A stretch of 64,000 bases of DNA from Candidatus Eiseniibacteriota bacterium (GTDB taxonomy: Bacteria > Eisenbacteria > RBG-16-71-46 > CAIMUX01 > VGJL01), in the NCBI GenBank assembly GCA_041946735.1, contig JBHGAY010000009.1:1-64000 (forward strand), read 5' to 3'. Shown piece after piece: positions 37,324 through 47,683 of this stretch (positions are counted from its first letter, which is position 1; every line of letters begins with the position of its first letter). Made by a program: the position numbers and the translations under genes. The notes beneath the pieces are model-generated. The model did not search any database, had not been told where the DNA came from, and saw nothing but the letters and a program-made list of their open reading frames with translations.

Positions 37324-39525
37324 ATGGTCTCGAAGAGGAAGACGAGCGGTTCGGAGGCGCGTGAGCGGCAGGCGGCGCCGCGTCCCGACCGGGAGCTATA
37401 CGAGCGGCTGTGGTTGGTCCGGGAGTTCGACGAGCGCGTCTCGATCCTGCATCGCCAGGGGAAGATCGTCGGCGGCGCCTACTCCGGGCTCGGCCAGGAA
37501 GCGATCCAGGTCGGCGTCTGCCAGGTCATGCAGGAGGGGGACGCGATCTTCCCGATCCATCGGGACATGGGTGTCTTCCTCCTTCGAGGGATCGACCCGG
37601 GCCGCCTGATGGCCCAGTTCCTCGCCCGCCGCGATGGGTTGTCGGGGGGACGGGACTCCTTCCTCCATACCGGAGACCCGGAGCGTGGCGTCGTGGGCGC
37701 GACGAGCATGCTCGGCGCGACCCTTCCGGTCGCCGCCGGAGTCGCGCTGGCGATGAAGCTGCGCCGGCAGCCGAACCTCGCGATCGCTCTTTTCGGCGAG
37801 GGGGCCACGAGCCGCGGCGACTTCCATGAGGCGCTGAACTTCGCAGGGGTCCACAACCTCCCGGTCCTCTTCGTCTGCGAGAACAACCTCTACGCCTACT
37901 CGACCCCGATGCGCCTGCAAATGCCGGTCGACAGCGTCGCGGCGCGGGCCGAGGCGTACGGCATGCGCGGGGTCCGCTGCAACGGCAACGATCTGCTTCG
38001 GGTGCTGTCGACGGTCGAGGAGGCGGCGCAGCGCGCCCGCGCCGGCGAAGGCCCGACCCTGATCGAATGCGTGACGTATCGCATCCACGGCCACTCGGAG
38101 CACGACCCGGCTCGCTATCGGAGCGAGGAGGAGTGGACCGAGTGGGCGGGACGGGATCCGATCGAGCTCTTCGAGCTGTACCTCGCCAAGCGCGGCCACG
38201 ACGTTCCGAAGTTGCGCGAGGAGGTGCGGGCGAAGGTGCGCGAGATCGCGGACCGCGCGATCGAGTTCGGCGAGGCGAGCCCGTTCCCGGATGGCCCGGA
38301 GGCGCTCGAGGGCATCTGGTGCCCGGACGGCCCGGACGCCGGGACTCTCCCGCATCCCGCTACTCGACCCGCCGGAGCGGCCACGGGCCGGCCGGGGAGC
38401 GACGGGAGCGGCGCGCCGGACGGCGGCCATGCCGGCGCAGGCGGAGAGGGCGCGCGCCTCCCGGTGCGCTCCCTGATCCCGGACGGAACGATGCCCGGCA
38501 CGGCAGCCGAGCCGGGGGGCGAGCCGCGCTCCGCCGCGCCGGCGGGCGAGTCGACGTACATCGACGCGATCCGCCAGGCGCTCGACGAGGAGATGGAGCG
38601 CGATCCCAGCGTCATTCTCCTGGGCGAGGACATCGGAAGGCTCGGTGGCGCCTTCGGCGCGACGAAAGGGCTGATCGAGAAATACGGCGAGGAACGGGTG
38701 ATCGACACGCCGATCTCCGAGTCGCTGATCATCGGCGCGGCCGTCGGAGCCTCCATCGCGGGGATGCGGCCGGTCGCCGAGATGCAGTTCGCGGACTTCA
38801 TCTCGTGCGGCTTCGATCAGATCGTGAACACGGCGGCGACGCTCGCCTACCGCCATCCCGGGATGCTCGGCGCCCGGATCGTCATCCGCGCTCCGGCTGG
38901 AGCCCGCATCCATGGAGGCCTCTTCCACTCGCAGAACCCCGAGTCGTTCTTCCTTTCGACGCCGGGGATCAAGATCGTCGCGCCGTCGTCGGCCGCCGAC
39001 GCGAAGGGGCTCTTGAAGTCCGCGATCCGGGACAACAACCCGGTCCTGTTCCTCGAGTACAAGTACCTCTACCGGCGCGTGAAGGAGATGCTCGGCGCGG
39101 CGGACGAGGAGGTCGTGCCGATCGGCCGGGCCGCCCGGGTCGCGAGCGGCTCCGACCTGACGATCCTCGCCTACGGTCCCGCCGTCCCGCTCTGCAAGGA
39201 GGCGGCCGAGACGCTCGGCAAGGATGGGATCGGCGTGGATCTACTCGATCTGCGGACGCTGAAGCCTCTCGACATGGACGCGATCCGCGCGTCGCTCGAG
39301 ACGACCGGACGGCTGATGATCGTCCACGAGGACCGGCGGTTCTGCGGACTCGGCGCGGAGATCGCCGCCCGCGTCGCCGAGGAGATGTTCGAGATGCTCG
39401 ACGCTCCGGTCGCCCGGGTCACGACGCTCGACGCGCCCTACGCGTATAGCCCGCCGATGGAGGAGTTCCTCCTTCCGGACGCCAAGAAGGTGATCGAGGC
39501 GGCTCACCGGCTTCTCGCCTATTAG
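37324..39525 (+). CDS. fused 2-oxoacid dehydrogenase E1 alpha-beta subunit
   Basis: Alpha part: GQEA, GEGATSRGDFHEALN...CENN (TPP motif), YRIHGHSEHD. Low-complexity linker. Beta part: DTPISE, EMQFADF, HSQ, DLRTLKPLD. Confidence 0.92.
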   Translation: MVSKRKTSGSEARERQAAPRPDRELYERLWLVREFDERVSILHRQGKIVGGAYSGLGQEAIQVGVCQVMQEGDAIFPIHRDMGVFLLRGIDPGRLMAQFLARRDGLSGGRDSFLHTGDPERGVVGATSMLGATLPVAAGVALAMKLRRQPNLAIALFGEGATSRGDFHEALNFAGVHNLPVLFVCENNLYAYSTPMRLQMPVDSVAARAEAYGMRGVRCNGNDLLRVLSTVEEAAQRARAGEGPTLIECVTYRIHGHSEHDPARYRSEEEWTEWAGRDPIELFELYLAKRGHDVPKLREEVRAKVREIADRAIEFGEASPFPDGPEALEGIWCPDGPDAGTLPHPATRPAGAATGRPGSDGSGAPDGGHAGAGGEGARLPVRSLIPDGTMPGTAAEPGGEPRSAAPAGESTYIDAIRQALDEEMERDPSVILLGEDIGRLGGAFGATKGLIEKYGEERVIDTPISESLIIGAAVGASIAGMRPVAEMQFADFISCGFDQIVNTAATLAYRHPGMLGARIVIRAPAGARIHGGLFHSQNPESFFLSTPGIKIVAPSSAADAKGLLKSAIRDNNPVLFLEYKYLYRRVKEMLGAADEEVVPIGRAARVASGSDLTILAYGPAVPLCKEAAETLGKDGIGVDLLDLRTLKPLDMDAIRASLETTGRLMIVHEDRRFCGLGAEIAARVAEEMFEMLDAPVARVTTLDAPYAYSPPMEEFLLPDAKKVIEAAHRLLAY

Positions 39526-39537
39526 GGGGCGCACGCG

Positions 39538-40518
39538 ATGCGGATCCTCGCGGGAGACGTGGGAGGGACGAAGGCCCTCCTGTCGATCTTCGAATGGGAG
39601 GGCGGACGGCTCCGGACGCTGCGCGAAGAGCGGTACCCGAGCGCGGAGGTCGAAGGCCTGCACACGCTCGTGGAGCTGTTCTGCGGAGAGGACCTGTGCA
39701 CGATCGACCGTGCCTGCTTCGGCGTCCCGGGCCCGGTCCTCGACGGCGAGGTTCGCGCGGTGAACCTGCCATGGAACATCAGCGCGAGGCAGGTCGCCGA
39801 GCGAACGCGGATCGGGGCGGTGGTGCTGATCAACGACTTCGAGGCGGTCGGATATGGGCTCGAGGCGCTCGAGCCGCATGATCTGCTCGTGCTGCAGGAG
39901 GGGCGCCACGCGCCGCGGCGTCCCGCCGCCTTGATCGGCGCGGGAACGGGGCTGGGCGAAGCCTTCCTCCTTTGGATCGGCGACCGCCGCATCGTCTACC
40001 CGACCGAAGGGGGACACACCGACTTCGCACCCCGCAACGAGCTGGAATGCCGGCTGCTCCTTTACCTCGCGCGCCGCTTCGGTCACGTCTCCTACGAGCG
40101 GGTTCTCTCCGGCCCCGGTCTCGTCAACCTCTACCGGTTCCTGGTGGACGAGGGGATCGAGGGGCGTTCGATCGACGTCGAGAGGGAGATGCAGCGCGAG
40201 GATCCCGCGGCGGTGATCTCCGCGCGCGCGATCGATCGCGCCGACCCGGCCTGCGAGCGGGCGCTCGATCTCTTCCTCTCGATCTACGGAGCGGAGGCGG
40301 GCAACCTGGCGCTGAAGGTCCTGGCGAGCGGAGGCGTGTACGTGGCTGGCGGCATCGCGCCGCGCATCACGACCGCGTTCGCCGCGGGGACGTTCCTCGC
40401 CGCGTTCCGCGACAAGGGGAGGCACGACCCGCTGATGGAGGAGATCCCGGTGAGGGTGGTACGCAACGTGCGGGTCGGCCTGCTCGGCGCCGCGCGCTTC
40501 GCCGCCCTGCTTCCCTGA
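39538..40518 (+). CDS. glk: glucokinase
   Basis: AGDVGGTK, GVPGPV, NLPW, INDFEA, GAGTGLG, EGGH, ERVLSGPG and GGVYVAGGI. Confidence 0.93.
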   Translation: MRILAGDVGGTKALLSIFEWEGGRLRTLREERYPSAEVEGLHTLVELFCGEDLCTIDRACFGVPGPVLDGEVRAVNLPWNISARQVAERTRIGAVVLINDFEAVGYGLEALEPHDLLVLQEGRHAPRRPAALIGAGTGLGEAFLLWIGDRRIVYPTEGGHTDFAPRNELECRLLLYLARRFGHVSYERVLSGPGLVNLYRFLVDEGIEGRSIDVEREMQREDPAAVISARAIDRADPACERALDLFLSIYGAEAGNLALKVLASGGVYVAGGIAPRITTAFAAGTFLAAFRDKGRHDPLMEEIPVRVVRNVRVGLLGAARFAALLP

Positions 40519-40550
40519 TCCTGCTGCCCGGATCCTGCTGCCCGGATCCT
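40517..40550 (+). repeat. 14-nt tandem duplication between convergent genes
   Basis: GATCCTGCTGCCCG twice, plus GATCCT. Confidence 0.6.
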
Positions 40551-40568
40551 TGGAGTTCGCCGTTCGCC

Positions 40569-41438
40569 CTAGCGATCGAGCGAGCGAAGCGCGAGCGATC
40601 CCGCGGCGTCCGGGATTCCGCCCGGCGCGCGCGCGAATGTGCCCTCCCCTCGCCCCATGTCGTGGCATCCGGCGCACAGCTCGTCGCTCGCCGGCTCGAA
40701 GCGAACGAGATTGTCTTCCCCGGCCTCCGTCAGGTCGTGGCAGGTGGCGCACTCGATCCGGCCGTCGAAGAGGCGAATCCGTGGATCGAGCGTGGCGCGG
40801 ATGCGGCTCCCGCCCAGGTCGGAGCCGGGCGTGACCTCGATCCCGAAGGGATGGGTCGCCTCCTCGCGGAATCGCGGAGCGCCGGCGGATAGCGACGCGA
40901 CCACGCTCGCCCCGCCTCGAGTTGCAGCCGCCGAAGCGACGGCGCCCGAAGCTCCGTGGCACGTGAGGCAGAGGTCCGAGGCGCTTCGCGTCGCGAACGC
41001 TTCCCCGTCCGCGTGGTAGAGGCTCGCCGCCTCCCTGTGCCCGCGTGACAAGAGGGAGAGCGGCCGTCCCGGCACGTGACACGCGACGCAGGCCTGGCGC
41101 TCCGACCCTCCGGCATGAAAGCGCGCCTCGCCCGCGAGGATCACGCCGGGATCATGGAAGCGGTGGCAGTCGGAGCAATCGCGCCCCCCGGCGTGGAAAG
41201 CTTGCAGAACGCGGTCCGCGTCGGCAGATTGCATCGCGTGGCATCCCGCGCACGCCGAGGACGGCGGCGCCGAGAACCGGCCCCCATCCGCGTGGCATTC
41301 GGAACACGGAAGCAAGTCGTGCGTACCGCCAGCGGGACAGGAGGAGGACGCGGCGACGCTCGCCGCAACGACAACGCACAACAGGAGCAAGCCGCTTCGC
41401 GCTCGCGCTCTCCGGCGGCACCGATCGAGGCCGTTCAT
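40569..41438 (-). CDS. multiheme cytochrome c (7 CxxCH), probably exported or a lipoprotein
   Basis: CSECH, CAGCH, CSDCH, CVACH, CLTCH, CATCH and CAGCH, with a hydrophobic N-terminus. Confidence 0.85.
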   Translation of the reverse strand: MNGLDRCRRRARARSGLLLLCVVVAASVAASSSCPAGGTHDLLPCSECHADGGRFSAPPSSACAGCHAMQSADADRVLQAFHAGGRDCSDCHRFHDPGVILAGEARFHAGGSERQACVACHVPGRPLSLLSRGHREAASLYHADGEAFATRSASDLCLTCHGASGAVASAAATRGGASVVASLSAGAPRFREEATHPFGIEVTPGSDLGGSRIRATLDPRIRLFDGRIECATCHDLTEAGEDNLVRFEPASDELCAGCHDMGRGEGTFARAPGGIPDAAGSLALRSLDR

Positions 41439-41644
41439 ACCCGCTCCCTCTCCGCGGCCACGGGGCGCTGCCCGCTTCCCACCGCCGACCGGCGAGGGGA
41501 AACCGGGGAGCGTACACGCGGACCGGGCGGGATCGGAGTGCAACGATCGTACCAGCCGAGCTGTTCGCCCGGTTCACTCGTGGCGGGCACCGGGCCGAAC
41601 GGAAGGCGGACAGGATGCCGGCCGTCACCGGCACTTCGTCGCGA

Positions 41645-42883
41645 TCACCGCTTGTGGCACTGGATGCAGAGGTCTCCGTCCGGATTGCGCGGAAGGTACT
41701 TCTCGAAGCGCGCGCCGTGCATCTGATGGCAGCTCAGGCAGGTCACGGACTCGCCCGACCTGGGATCGATGACCTCGGGACCGACCGGGTGCGAGGCCTT
41801 GTGCGCGCTCTCGTGGCATCGCACGCACAGATCGATTTGGCGGGTGGAGAGAAGGAGAGGATCGTCCGACCCATGCGGCGTGTGGCAGTTCGTGCAGTCC
41901 ATCCCCTGATGCGTCAGGTACTTCTGCTTGTCTCCGCCGCTCTCGTTGAAGTGGCACCGCATGCAGAGATCCTTCTGTTCCCCGGCGAGCAGCTTGGTCG
42001 CGTTCGAGGCATGCGGGTTGTGACAGGCCACGCACGACTCCTCGGTGTCCAGGTTGTGCCGGTGCGCGAGCGCGAGCGACTTCTCGATCGACCGGTGACA
42101 ACCGGTGCAGGTCTTCTGCACGGACGCCTTCATCGCGAAGGCGGACGCTCCGTCGGTCGCGGCGTGGCAGCTTCCGCAGGAGCCTGCGGCGAACGGCGCG
42201 TGCTGGTTCGCCCTCAGGAGCTTCCGTGAGGCGGAGGCGTGCGGATCGTGGCAGGCCGCGCAGTCCGACGCTCCGATCGCGTATCCCTTGTGCGCGGCCT
42301 GGAAAGAGGTGTTCTGCGGATGGCACCGCGAGCAGAGGCCCGCGACGTCCTCCACGAGGAGCTTTCCTGCGCTCGATCCGTGCGGCTCGTGGCAGATCGA
42401 GCAATTCCCCGACTTCAGCGGAGCGTGGACGACCGGCGAGGCGAGCCATTGCGCGACCGGGGCGTGGCAGCTTCCGCAAAGCGACTTGGGCTCGGCGACG
42501 AGCTGGTTCGGAAGGGCGGAGGCGTGAGGGGAGTGGCAACCGTCGCACTCTCCCGCCGCCGCCGGCACGTGCACGCTCGCCTTCTTCGTCTCTTCCGCGA
42601 CGGCCGGATGGCAGGAAAGGCAGAGCGGTCCCGTTTCCTCCTGAAGAAGCGCCGCGTGTCGCGATGCATGCGGATTGTGGCACTGGGAGCACTTGCCGCT
42701 CCGGAACGCGGTGTGCAGGTGCGCGGCCTTCGTCTGCTCCCGCACGTCGGCATGGCACTCGTAGCAGACGGCCGGCTCGTCCACGGGCGGGATCTCGGCC
42801 GACACTCTCGCCGCGCTCCAACCGAGAAGCGCGAAGAGAAGCGTGGCGAGGCCGGTGATTCCGGAAGGGAATCGACTCCTCAC
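41645..42883 (-). CDS. periplasmic multiheme cytochrome c (16 CxxCH; doubled-CxxCH family)
   Basis: Signal peptide and 16 CxxCH motifs in repeated H..P...C..CH.PH.S....LL......C..CH units. GTGA overlap with the upstream cytochrome. Confidence 0.9.
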   Translation of the reverse strand: MRSRFPSGITGLATLLFALLGWSAARVSAEIPPVDEPAVCYECHADVREQTKAAHLHTAFRSGKCSQCHNPHASRHAALLQEETGPLCLSCHPAVAEETKKASVHVPAAAGECDGCHSPHASALPNQLVAEPKSLCGSCHAPVAQWLASPVVHAPLKSGNCSICHEPHGSSAGKLLVEDVAGLCSRCHPQNTSFQAAHKGYAIGASDCAACHDPHASASRKLLRANQHAPFAAGSCGSCHAATDGASAFAMKASVQKTCTGCHRSIEKSLALAHRHNLDTEESCVACHNPHASNATKLLAGEQKDLCMRCHFNESGGDKQKYLTHQGMDCTNCHTPHGSDDPLLLSTRQIDLCVRCHESAHKASHPVGPEVIDPRSGESVTCLSCHQMHGARFEKYLPRNPDGDLCIQCHKR

Positions 42884-44880
42884 GGCTTGCCCCCCTCCTT
42901 CCCGGCCGGTTCGCGATGGCAGACTTCGCACGCATTGCTGTCGAACGGCTGATGGCGCAGCTTGGCGATCAATCCTTCCCCATCGGATCCATGCGGGTCA
43001 TGGCACTTCGCGCAGTCCAGATCCGTCCCCGCCTCCCCGAGATGCGCGGCGCGGAACTCGGTCGCCTCCCCGTCGTGGCAGGCGAGACAGGTGGCCGGCA
43101 TGGCGCTCGTGAGAAGCGACGGGTGCTCGCTCTCGTGCGCCTGATGACACGACAAGCACTGTCCTTCCGCGGCCGGCGGGTGCTTTCCCGATTCGGCCAG
43201 CGTCTCCTGCACCTCCTTGTGGCAGTCGAGGCAGAGCGCCCCGGGCTCCTCCGGAAGCAGCTTCGCGATCTTCCCTCCATGGGGAAGATGGCAGCTCGTG
43301 CAGTCCCCTTCGCGGACCGGCTGGTGTCCGGAGGGGGCCGCCGCCGCCTCTCCCCGGACATCGCCGTGGCAGCCGCCGCAAGTCTCTGCGACCGGAGCCG
43401 CCATCAGATGCGCCTGCTCCGACGCGTGAGCAACGTGGCAGGTCTCGCACGCGCGCTCCTCGAACGGAGGATGGTGGACGGTCCGCTCCTGATCCTCGAG
43501 GAGCGACGCATGACAGCCGGTCGAGCAGAGCTCCGCCGGATCCACCTTCAGCAGATGCTCGTTCGCGGAGGCGTGAGCGGCGTGGCAGTCGTTGCAGTCG
43601 CCGGTCTTGACCGGCATGTGGATGCTCGTCTCCGCGCTCCATGCGGCCGTCTGCTCGTGACAGTCGCCGCACAGGTCGGAGCGGTTCTTCGCGGTCAAGG
43701 CAGGATAGTCGGACCCGTGCGGGCGGTGGCAGTCGAGACAGCTGCCTCCTTCGAACGGGGCATGGACGAACGTGGCCTCCGGGCCGCGAAGGTCCGAATG
43801 GCAGCGAAGACAGAGGTCGTTCGCCGGGACGGCGATCAGTCTTGCCTCCGTCCGGCCATGCGCCTGGTGGCAGAGCGTGCAGTCCTTCGAGGCCGGCTCG
43901 TGGCGCGAGGCTTTCGCGATCTCCTGCGCCACCTCTCCGTGGCAGCTGGTGCAGAGCGACGCAGCCGGCTTCACGAGGAGCGCCGGCTGCGTCGAGCCGT
44001 GAGGACGGTGGCAGTCGGTGCACATCCCAGCCGCGACCGGCTGGTGGACTCCCTCGCCCGGCGCCTCGTGGCAGCCGGTGCAGAGTTCGTTCGCGTCGGC
44101 GGCGTTCAAGGCGAACGGCTCCGCGTCGTCGGGCGGATGGTGGCACGCCTCGCACGATCCGTCGGCGACCGGAGCGTGGAAGGATACGGCGAGCAGCTTC
44201 GGACTGGCCGAGGAATGCGGCGCATGGCACTCCCCGCAGTCCTTCGAGGAGAGGTCATAGCCGGCGTGGGCACTGGCGAACTGCGGCTTGCCCGTCTCGT
44301 GGCAGTCGGCGCAGAGCGCGGTCTGCTCCTTCTTCAGTAGATGCTCGGCGTCGGAGCCGTGCATCTCGTGGCAGGCGGCGCAACCGTCCTTGAGGGGTGC
44401 GTGGCGATGCTCTCGTTCGAATCCGGCTCGATCATGGCACGAGAAGCATGCCTCCCCGCCGGCGGCTCGCATCAGGCCCCGGGCGTCGCTCGCATGGGGA
44501 TCGTGGCAGGCGGTGCACTTCCCTTGAGCGGCCGGAGCGTGCGTGTTCGCGCGGTCCAAGCCGAGCGCGGCGCGGTCGTGGCAGGTATAGCAGAGGGCCG
44601 CTCCGTCCTCCTTGAGGCGCAGCGCGCCGACGAGGCCGTGCGGCTTGTGGCAGGAGAGGCATTCCTTCGCCGCGAACGGGGCATGCTGCACTGACCCGGG
44701 AAACTGTGAGACGGGATGGCACTTCAGGCAGGACTCGTCCTTGCCCGAGAAGCGCCGGCCTCGCTTGACCTGGCCGGCAGCGGGATCCGCGGCGACGGCA
44801 GCGAGGCCGAGCGCGAGCAACGCGCAGGCGATTCCTGTCCAGGAAACGGAGCAAGTCATCCGCGCCGGGACTCCCCTCAT
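42880..44880 (-). CDS. very large multiheme cytochrome c (25 CxxCH + 1 CxxxCH)
   Basis: Signal peptide and 26 heme-binding motifs counted by hand, including CSTGCH. Confidence 0.9.
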   Translation of the reverse strand: MRGVPARMTCSVSWTGIACALLALGLAAVAADPAAGQVKRGRRFSGKDESCLKCHPVSQFPGSVQHAPFAAKECLSCHKPHGLVGALRLKEDGAALCYTCHDRAALGLDRANTHAPAAQGKCTACHDPHASDARGLMRAAGGEACFSCHDRAGFEREHRHAPLKDGCAACHEMHGSDAEHLLKKEQTALCADCHETGKPQFASAHAGYDLSSKDCGECHAPHSSASPKLLAVSFHAPVADGSCEACHHPPDDAEPFALNAADANELCTGCHEAPGEGVHQPVAAGMCTDCHRPHGSTQPALLVKPAASLCTSCHGEVAQEIAKASRHEPASKDCTLCHQAHGRTEARLIAVPANDLCLRCHSDLRGPEATFVHAPFEGGSCLDCHRPHGSDYPALTAKNRSDLCGDCHEQTAAWSAETSIHMPVKTGDCNDCHAAHASANEHLLKVDPAELCSTGCHASLLEDQERTVHHPPFEERACETCHVAHASEQAHLMAAPVAETCGGCHGDVRGEAAAAPSGHQPVREGDCTSCHLPHGGKIAKLLPEEPGALCLDCHKEVQETLAESGKHPPAAEGQCLSCHQAHESEHPSLLTSAMPATCLACHDGEATEFRAAHLGEAGTDLDCAKCHDPHGSDGEGLIAKLRHQPFDSNACEVCHREPAGKEGGKP

Positions 44881-44938
44881 CCCCCCATCCTCTCCATCGG
44901 CCAACTGCCCCCTTGCCCCCTCGATCCCGTCCCGCGAC

Positions 44939-46636
44939 CTACGAGCCGGAGCCAAAGTACTCGTCGATCGCCTTCTCGTCCCGCACGATCCTCGAAGCCG
45001 CCTTCAACGCTTCGAGCTGCCGGTCCAGGATCTCGTTGAACTTCTGCTGGAACATCACCCGGCGGATTTCGCCGTCGGCCTCCTCGATCGTTCGAAGCGG
45101 CCCGGGTCGGCGATCCTTCATCTTCACGAGAAGCCAGCCCGTCTCGACCGCGAACGGGCCGCCGATGCCGCCGATCGAGATCGTCTTGAGCTGCTCGGCC
45201 ATGGGCGGCGGCAGCGTCCCAAGGCCGATCCATCCCCGGTCTCCGATCGGATCCCCGGCCGCGGCTTCCGCCTTCTGCTTGAGAAACGCGAAGTCCGCGC
45301 CTCTGTTCAGCCGCTCGAGCGTCGCCTCCGCCTCCTCCTGCGTCGGCAGGAGAATGGTGAGAAGTTGGATGTCGTCGGGTCCCCGGAACTCCTCCTGGTG
45401 GCTCTCGTAGTAGTCGCGAAACTCTTCGTGCCGAAACGTGATCTTCGGGACGACCATCTCCTTCAGATAGAGATCGATCAGCACCTCGGCCCGCTTCTGC
45501 TCCACCTTCCTCCGGACCTCCGGATCGTCCAGGAAGCCGCCGTCCCGAGCCGAGCAGTAGAGCACGAGATCCTCGATCTTCGTGTCGATGCCGCGCTGGA
45601 GAAGGGTGTCGAACGGCGCCGTCGCCTCGGTCATCGCGCCGTGGGAGACGGCCCGGCGAAGCGCCCCCTCCGTCACCGTGTCGCAGCCGGCCACCGTCAG
45701 CGCCGCCCGCGTCGATTCGCGAAGGAACGTCCCGGTGAGAACGGCGTCCGAGTCCGCCTCGAGAGCCGCGATCGCCTCGGGATCGATCTGCACCGGGATC
45801 GCCTGCTTCCGCGCGCCGACGAAATCCCGCCAGGCCTTCTCCTTCGCCGCGCTCTGGAGGAAGCCGATCACCTTCGCGCGAACCTTTCGGTAGTCGCTCG
45901 TGTCCGGCTCGTCCCGTGACTCCATCCGGACGAGGCTGAAGAGGCTGCCATACGCGAACGGCCGGGAGATCTCCCCCGCCTTCAGGTCGATCGCCGCCGC
46001 ACGGACGGGGATCTCGACGTCGATCCAGGGTCCGAGGTGATGGAGGCCACCCCTCGCGGACCAGGAGTCGCGGGAGCGCTGGCGCGCGAGGCTGTCCATC
46101 GAGGCGCCGGCGCGAATCGCGGACAGCACCTCCTCCGCCTCCTCCATCGATGCGACGGAGATCTGGCGTATCTGCAGCTTCCAGTAGTACTCCCGGAAGT
46201 GGGCCAGCGCCTGCTCCTCGGCAACGGGGGGAGGCGGGACATACGCCGAAGCGACGTACCGCCGGATCGCCTGTTGTCGCCGCTCCTCCGCGATCGCCGC
46301 CTGCGCTTCGGGCTCCTCGTCCAGACCGATCGATTCGGCTTCACGGACGAGCAGCCGGTCGTGGATCAGCTTCGTGAGCAGCTTGCGGTAGTCGAACGAT
46401 TCCTTGCGATCGCGACTCATCGTCTGATGAGTCCGGATCAGAAGCTCGTCGAGGTCGCACGCCCGGATCGTGTCTTCGTCGACGATCGCGAGAACGGTCG
46501 CCTCCGCGGCTCCCTTCGGTCCGGAAGATCGAGCCGGCGGGGCGACCGCGATCATAGCCGCCAGGCCGATGCCCGCGAGGAGGACGAGAGGGGGCACGAG
46601 CGCGCGCGCGCCGCTCGGTTCATCGCCTCGACGCAT
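44939..46636 (-). CDS. exported PpiC/SurA-type peptidyl-prolyl isomerase with two parvulin-like domains
   Basis: Signal peptide, VLAIVDEDTI, 'LARQRSRD....RGG', GEISRPF, and a second unit 'GADFA....GDRGWI...IGGPF'. Confidence 0.8.
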   Translation of the reverse strand: MRRGDEPSGARALVPPLVLLAGIGLAAMIAVAPPARSSGPKGAAEATVLAIVDEDTIRACDLDELLIRTHQTMSRDRKESFDYRKLLTKLIHDRLLVREAESIGLDEEPEAQAAIAEERRQQAIRRYVASAYVPPPPVAEEQALAHFREYYWKLQIRQISVASMEEAEEVLSAIRAGASMDSLARQRSRDSWSARGGLHHLGPWIDVEIPVRAAAIDLKAGEISRPFAYGSLFSLVRMESRDEPDTSDYRKVRAKVIGFLQSAAKEKAWRDFVGARKQAIPVQIDPEAIAALEADSDAVLTGTFLRESTRAALTVAGCDTVTEGALRRAVSHGAMTEATAPFDTLLQRGIDTKIEDLVLYCSARDGGFLDDPEVRRKVEQKRAEVLIDLYLKEMVVPKITFRHEEFRDYYESHQEEFRGPDDIQLLTILLPTQEEAEATLERLNRGADFAFLKQKAEAAAGDPIGDRGWIGLGTLPPPMAEQLKTISIGGIGGPFAVETGWLLVKMKDRRPGPLRTIEEADGEIRRVMFQQKFNEILDRQLEALKAASRIVRDEKAIDEYFGSGS

Positions 46637-47681
46637 GATCCTCCCGCGGCTGTTCTTCGATCTTCGCAACGAGGCGATCGAGGGACTCCTCGACAAGGCG
46701 CCCGAGGCTCGTGGTCCAGCCGAGCGGAAGAAGGCCGGCCCGTCGTTCTCCTCCAGTTTGTTCCTCGATCGCCTGGAACAGATGGCCCGTGCGGGCGTCG
46801 ACCAGGCGAACGCCATAGGCGAGCCGCGGCATCGCCATCTGGGCGTCCCCTTGCGACTCGACGGCCTCGTCGACCTCTCCGGTGATCGCGAGATCGATGG
46901 CCAGATCCTCGCGTAGAGCGCGGAGCGTCTCGAGATCGATCCCTCCGCGCGGCGCGACATGCAGGCGCTCGAAGAGCCGCCGGAGCAAGCCCGGCTCGAC
47001 GATGTCATAGCCATGGGCGAACAGCACGGGGAGCAGAAGATCCGAGACGAGGGGGCCGTCCTGGGGATCCTGCGGGCTTCCATCGAACGGGACGATCGCG
47101 ATCCGTCCCTGCGTGGGCCCCGTTCTCTTGCCGTCCAGGCAGGCGGCGAGACGCGCGATCGCCTCGCGCACGACGTCCCTCGCGAGGAGATCCGGATCGC
47201 GGACCCTCCCGATCTCGAACAGCGAAGCGTGGTCGAGCCCTGAGGAGGCGGCCGAAGCGGCGGCGATCACGCGGAGATCGGACGGCGCGAGCAACCGGAG
47301 GGCGACGGCAATCTCGGGGTTCTCCCCCTCCTGGTAGAGAATCACCGAACCGAGCAGGAGCGCCTCGGCGCCTGTCGCCTCCGCAATCCGCGCGCCGTCC
47401 TCTTGATCGAGCGAGGCCAGCGAGCGGATCCGGTGCTCGCGCAGGACTCCGCGAACCTGCTCGTCGTCGAGGAGCCGCCACCGCTTCGCCGCCTCCTCCC
47501 GCACGATCGGCAACACCTTCTCGGCGCCCGAGCCGTCCGCCGTGCCATCGGCAAGGCCGAGGACAGCGACGGCGAGAACGCCTTCGGGCGCCGTCTCGGG
47601 CATGGCCGTCTGCGCGAAAGCCGCGGTGGAAACCGCGGAGATGGAGGCGACGAGAAGGATGCCGAGCAGGGCCGCACGCAT
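46620..47681 (-). CDS. exported protein with two CsgG/TolB-N-like alpha/beta domains
   Basis: Signal peptide; VAVL..., IAIVPF...GYDIVEPG, ITGEV and VRLVDARTG patterns. Confidence 0.55.
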   Translation of the reverse strand: MRAALLGILLVASISAVSTAAFAQTAMPETAPEGVLAVAVLGLADGTADGSGAEKVLPIVREEAAKRWRLLDDEQVRGVLREHRIRSLASLDQEDGARIAEATGAEALLLGSVILYQEGENPEIAVALRLLAPSDLRVIAAASAASSGLDHASLFEIGRVRDPDLLARDVVREAIARLAACLDGKRTGPTQGRIAIVPFDGSPQDPQDGPLVSDLLLPVLFAHGYDIVEPGLLRRLFERLHVAPRGGIDLETLRALREDLAIDLAITGEVDEAVESQGDAQMAMPRLAYGVRLVDARTGHLFQAIEEQTGGERRAGLLPLGWTTSLGRLVEESLDRLVAKIEEQPREDHASRR

Positions 47682-47683
47682 CG

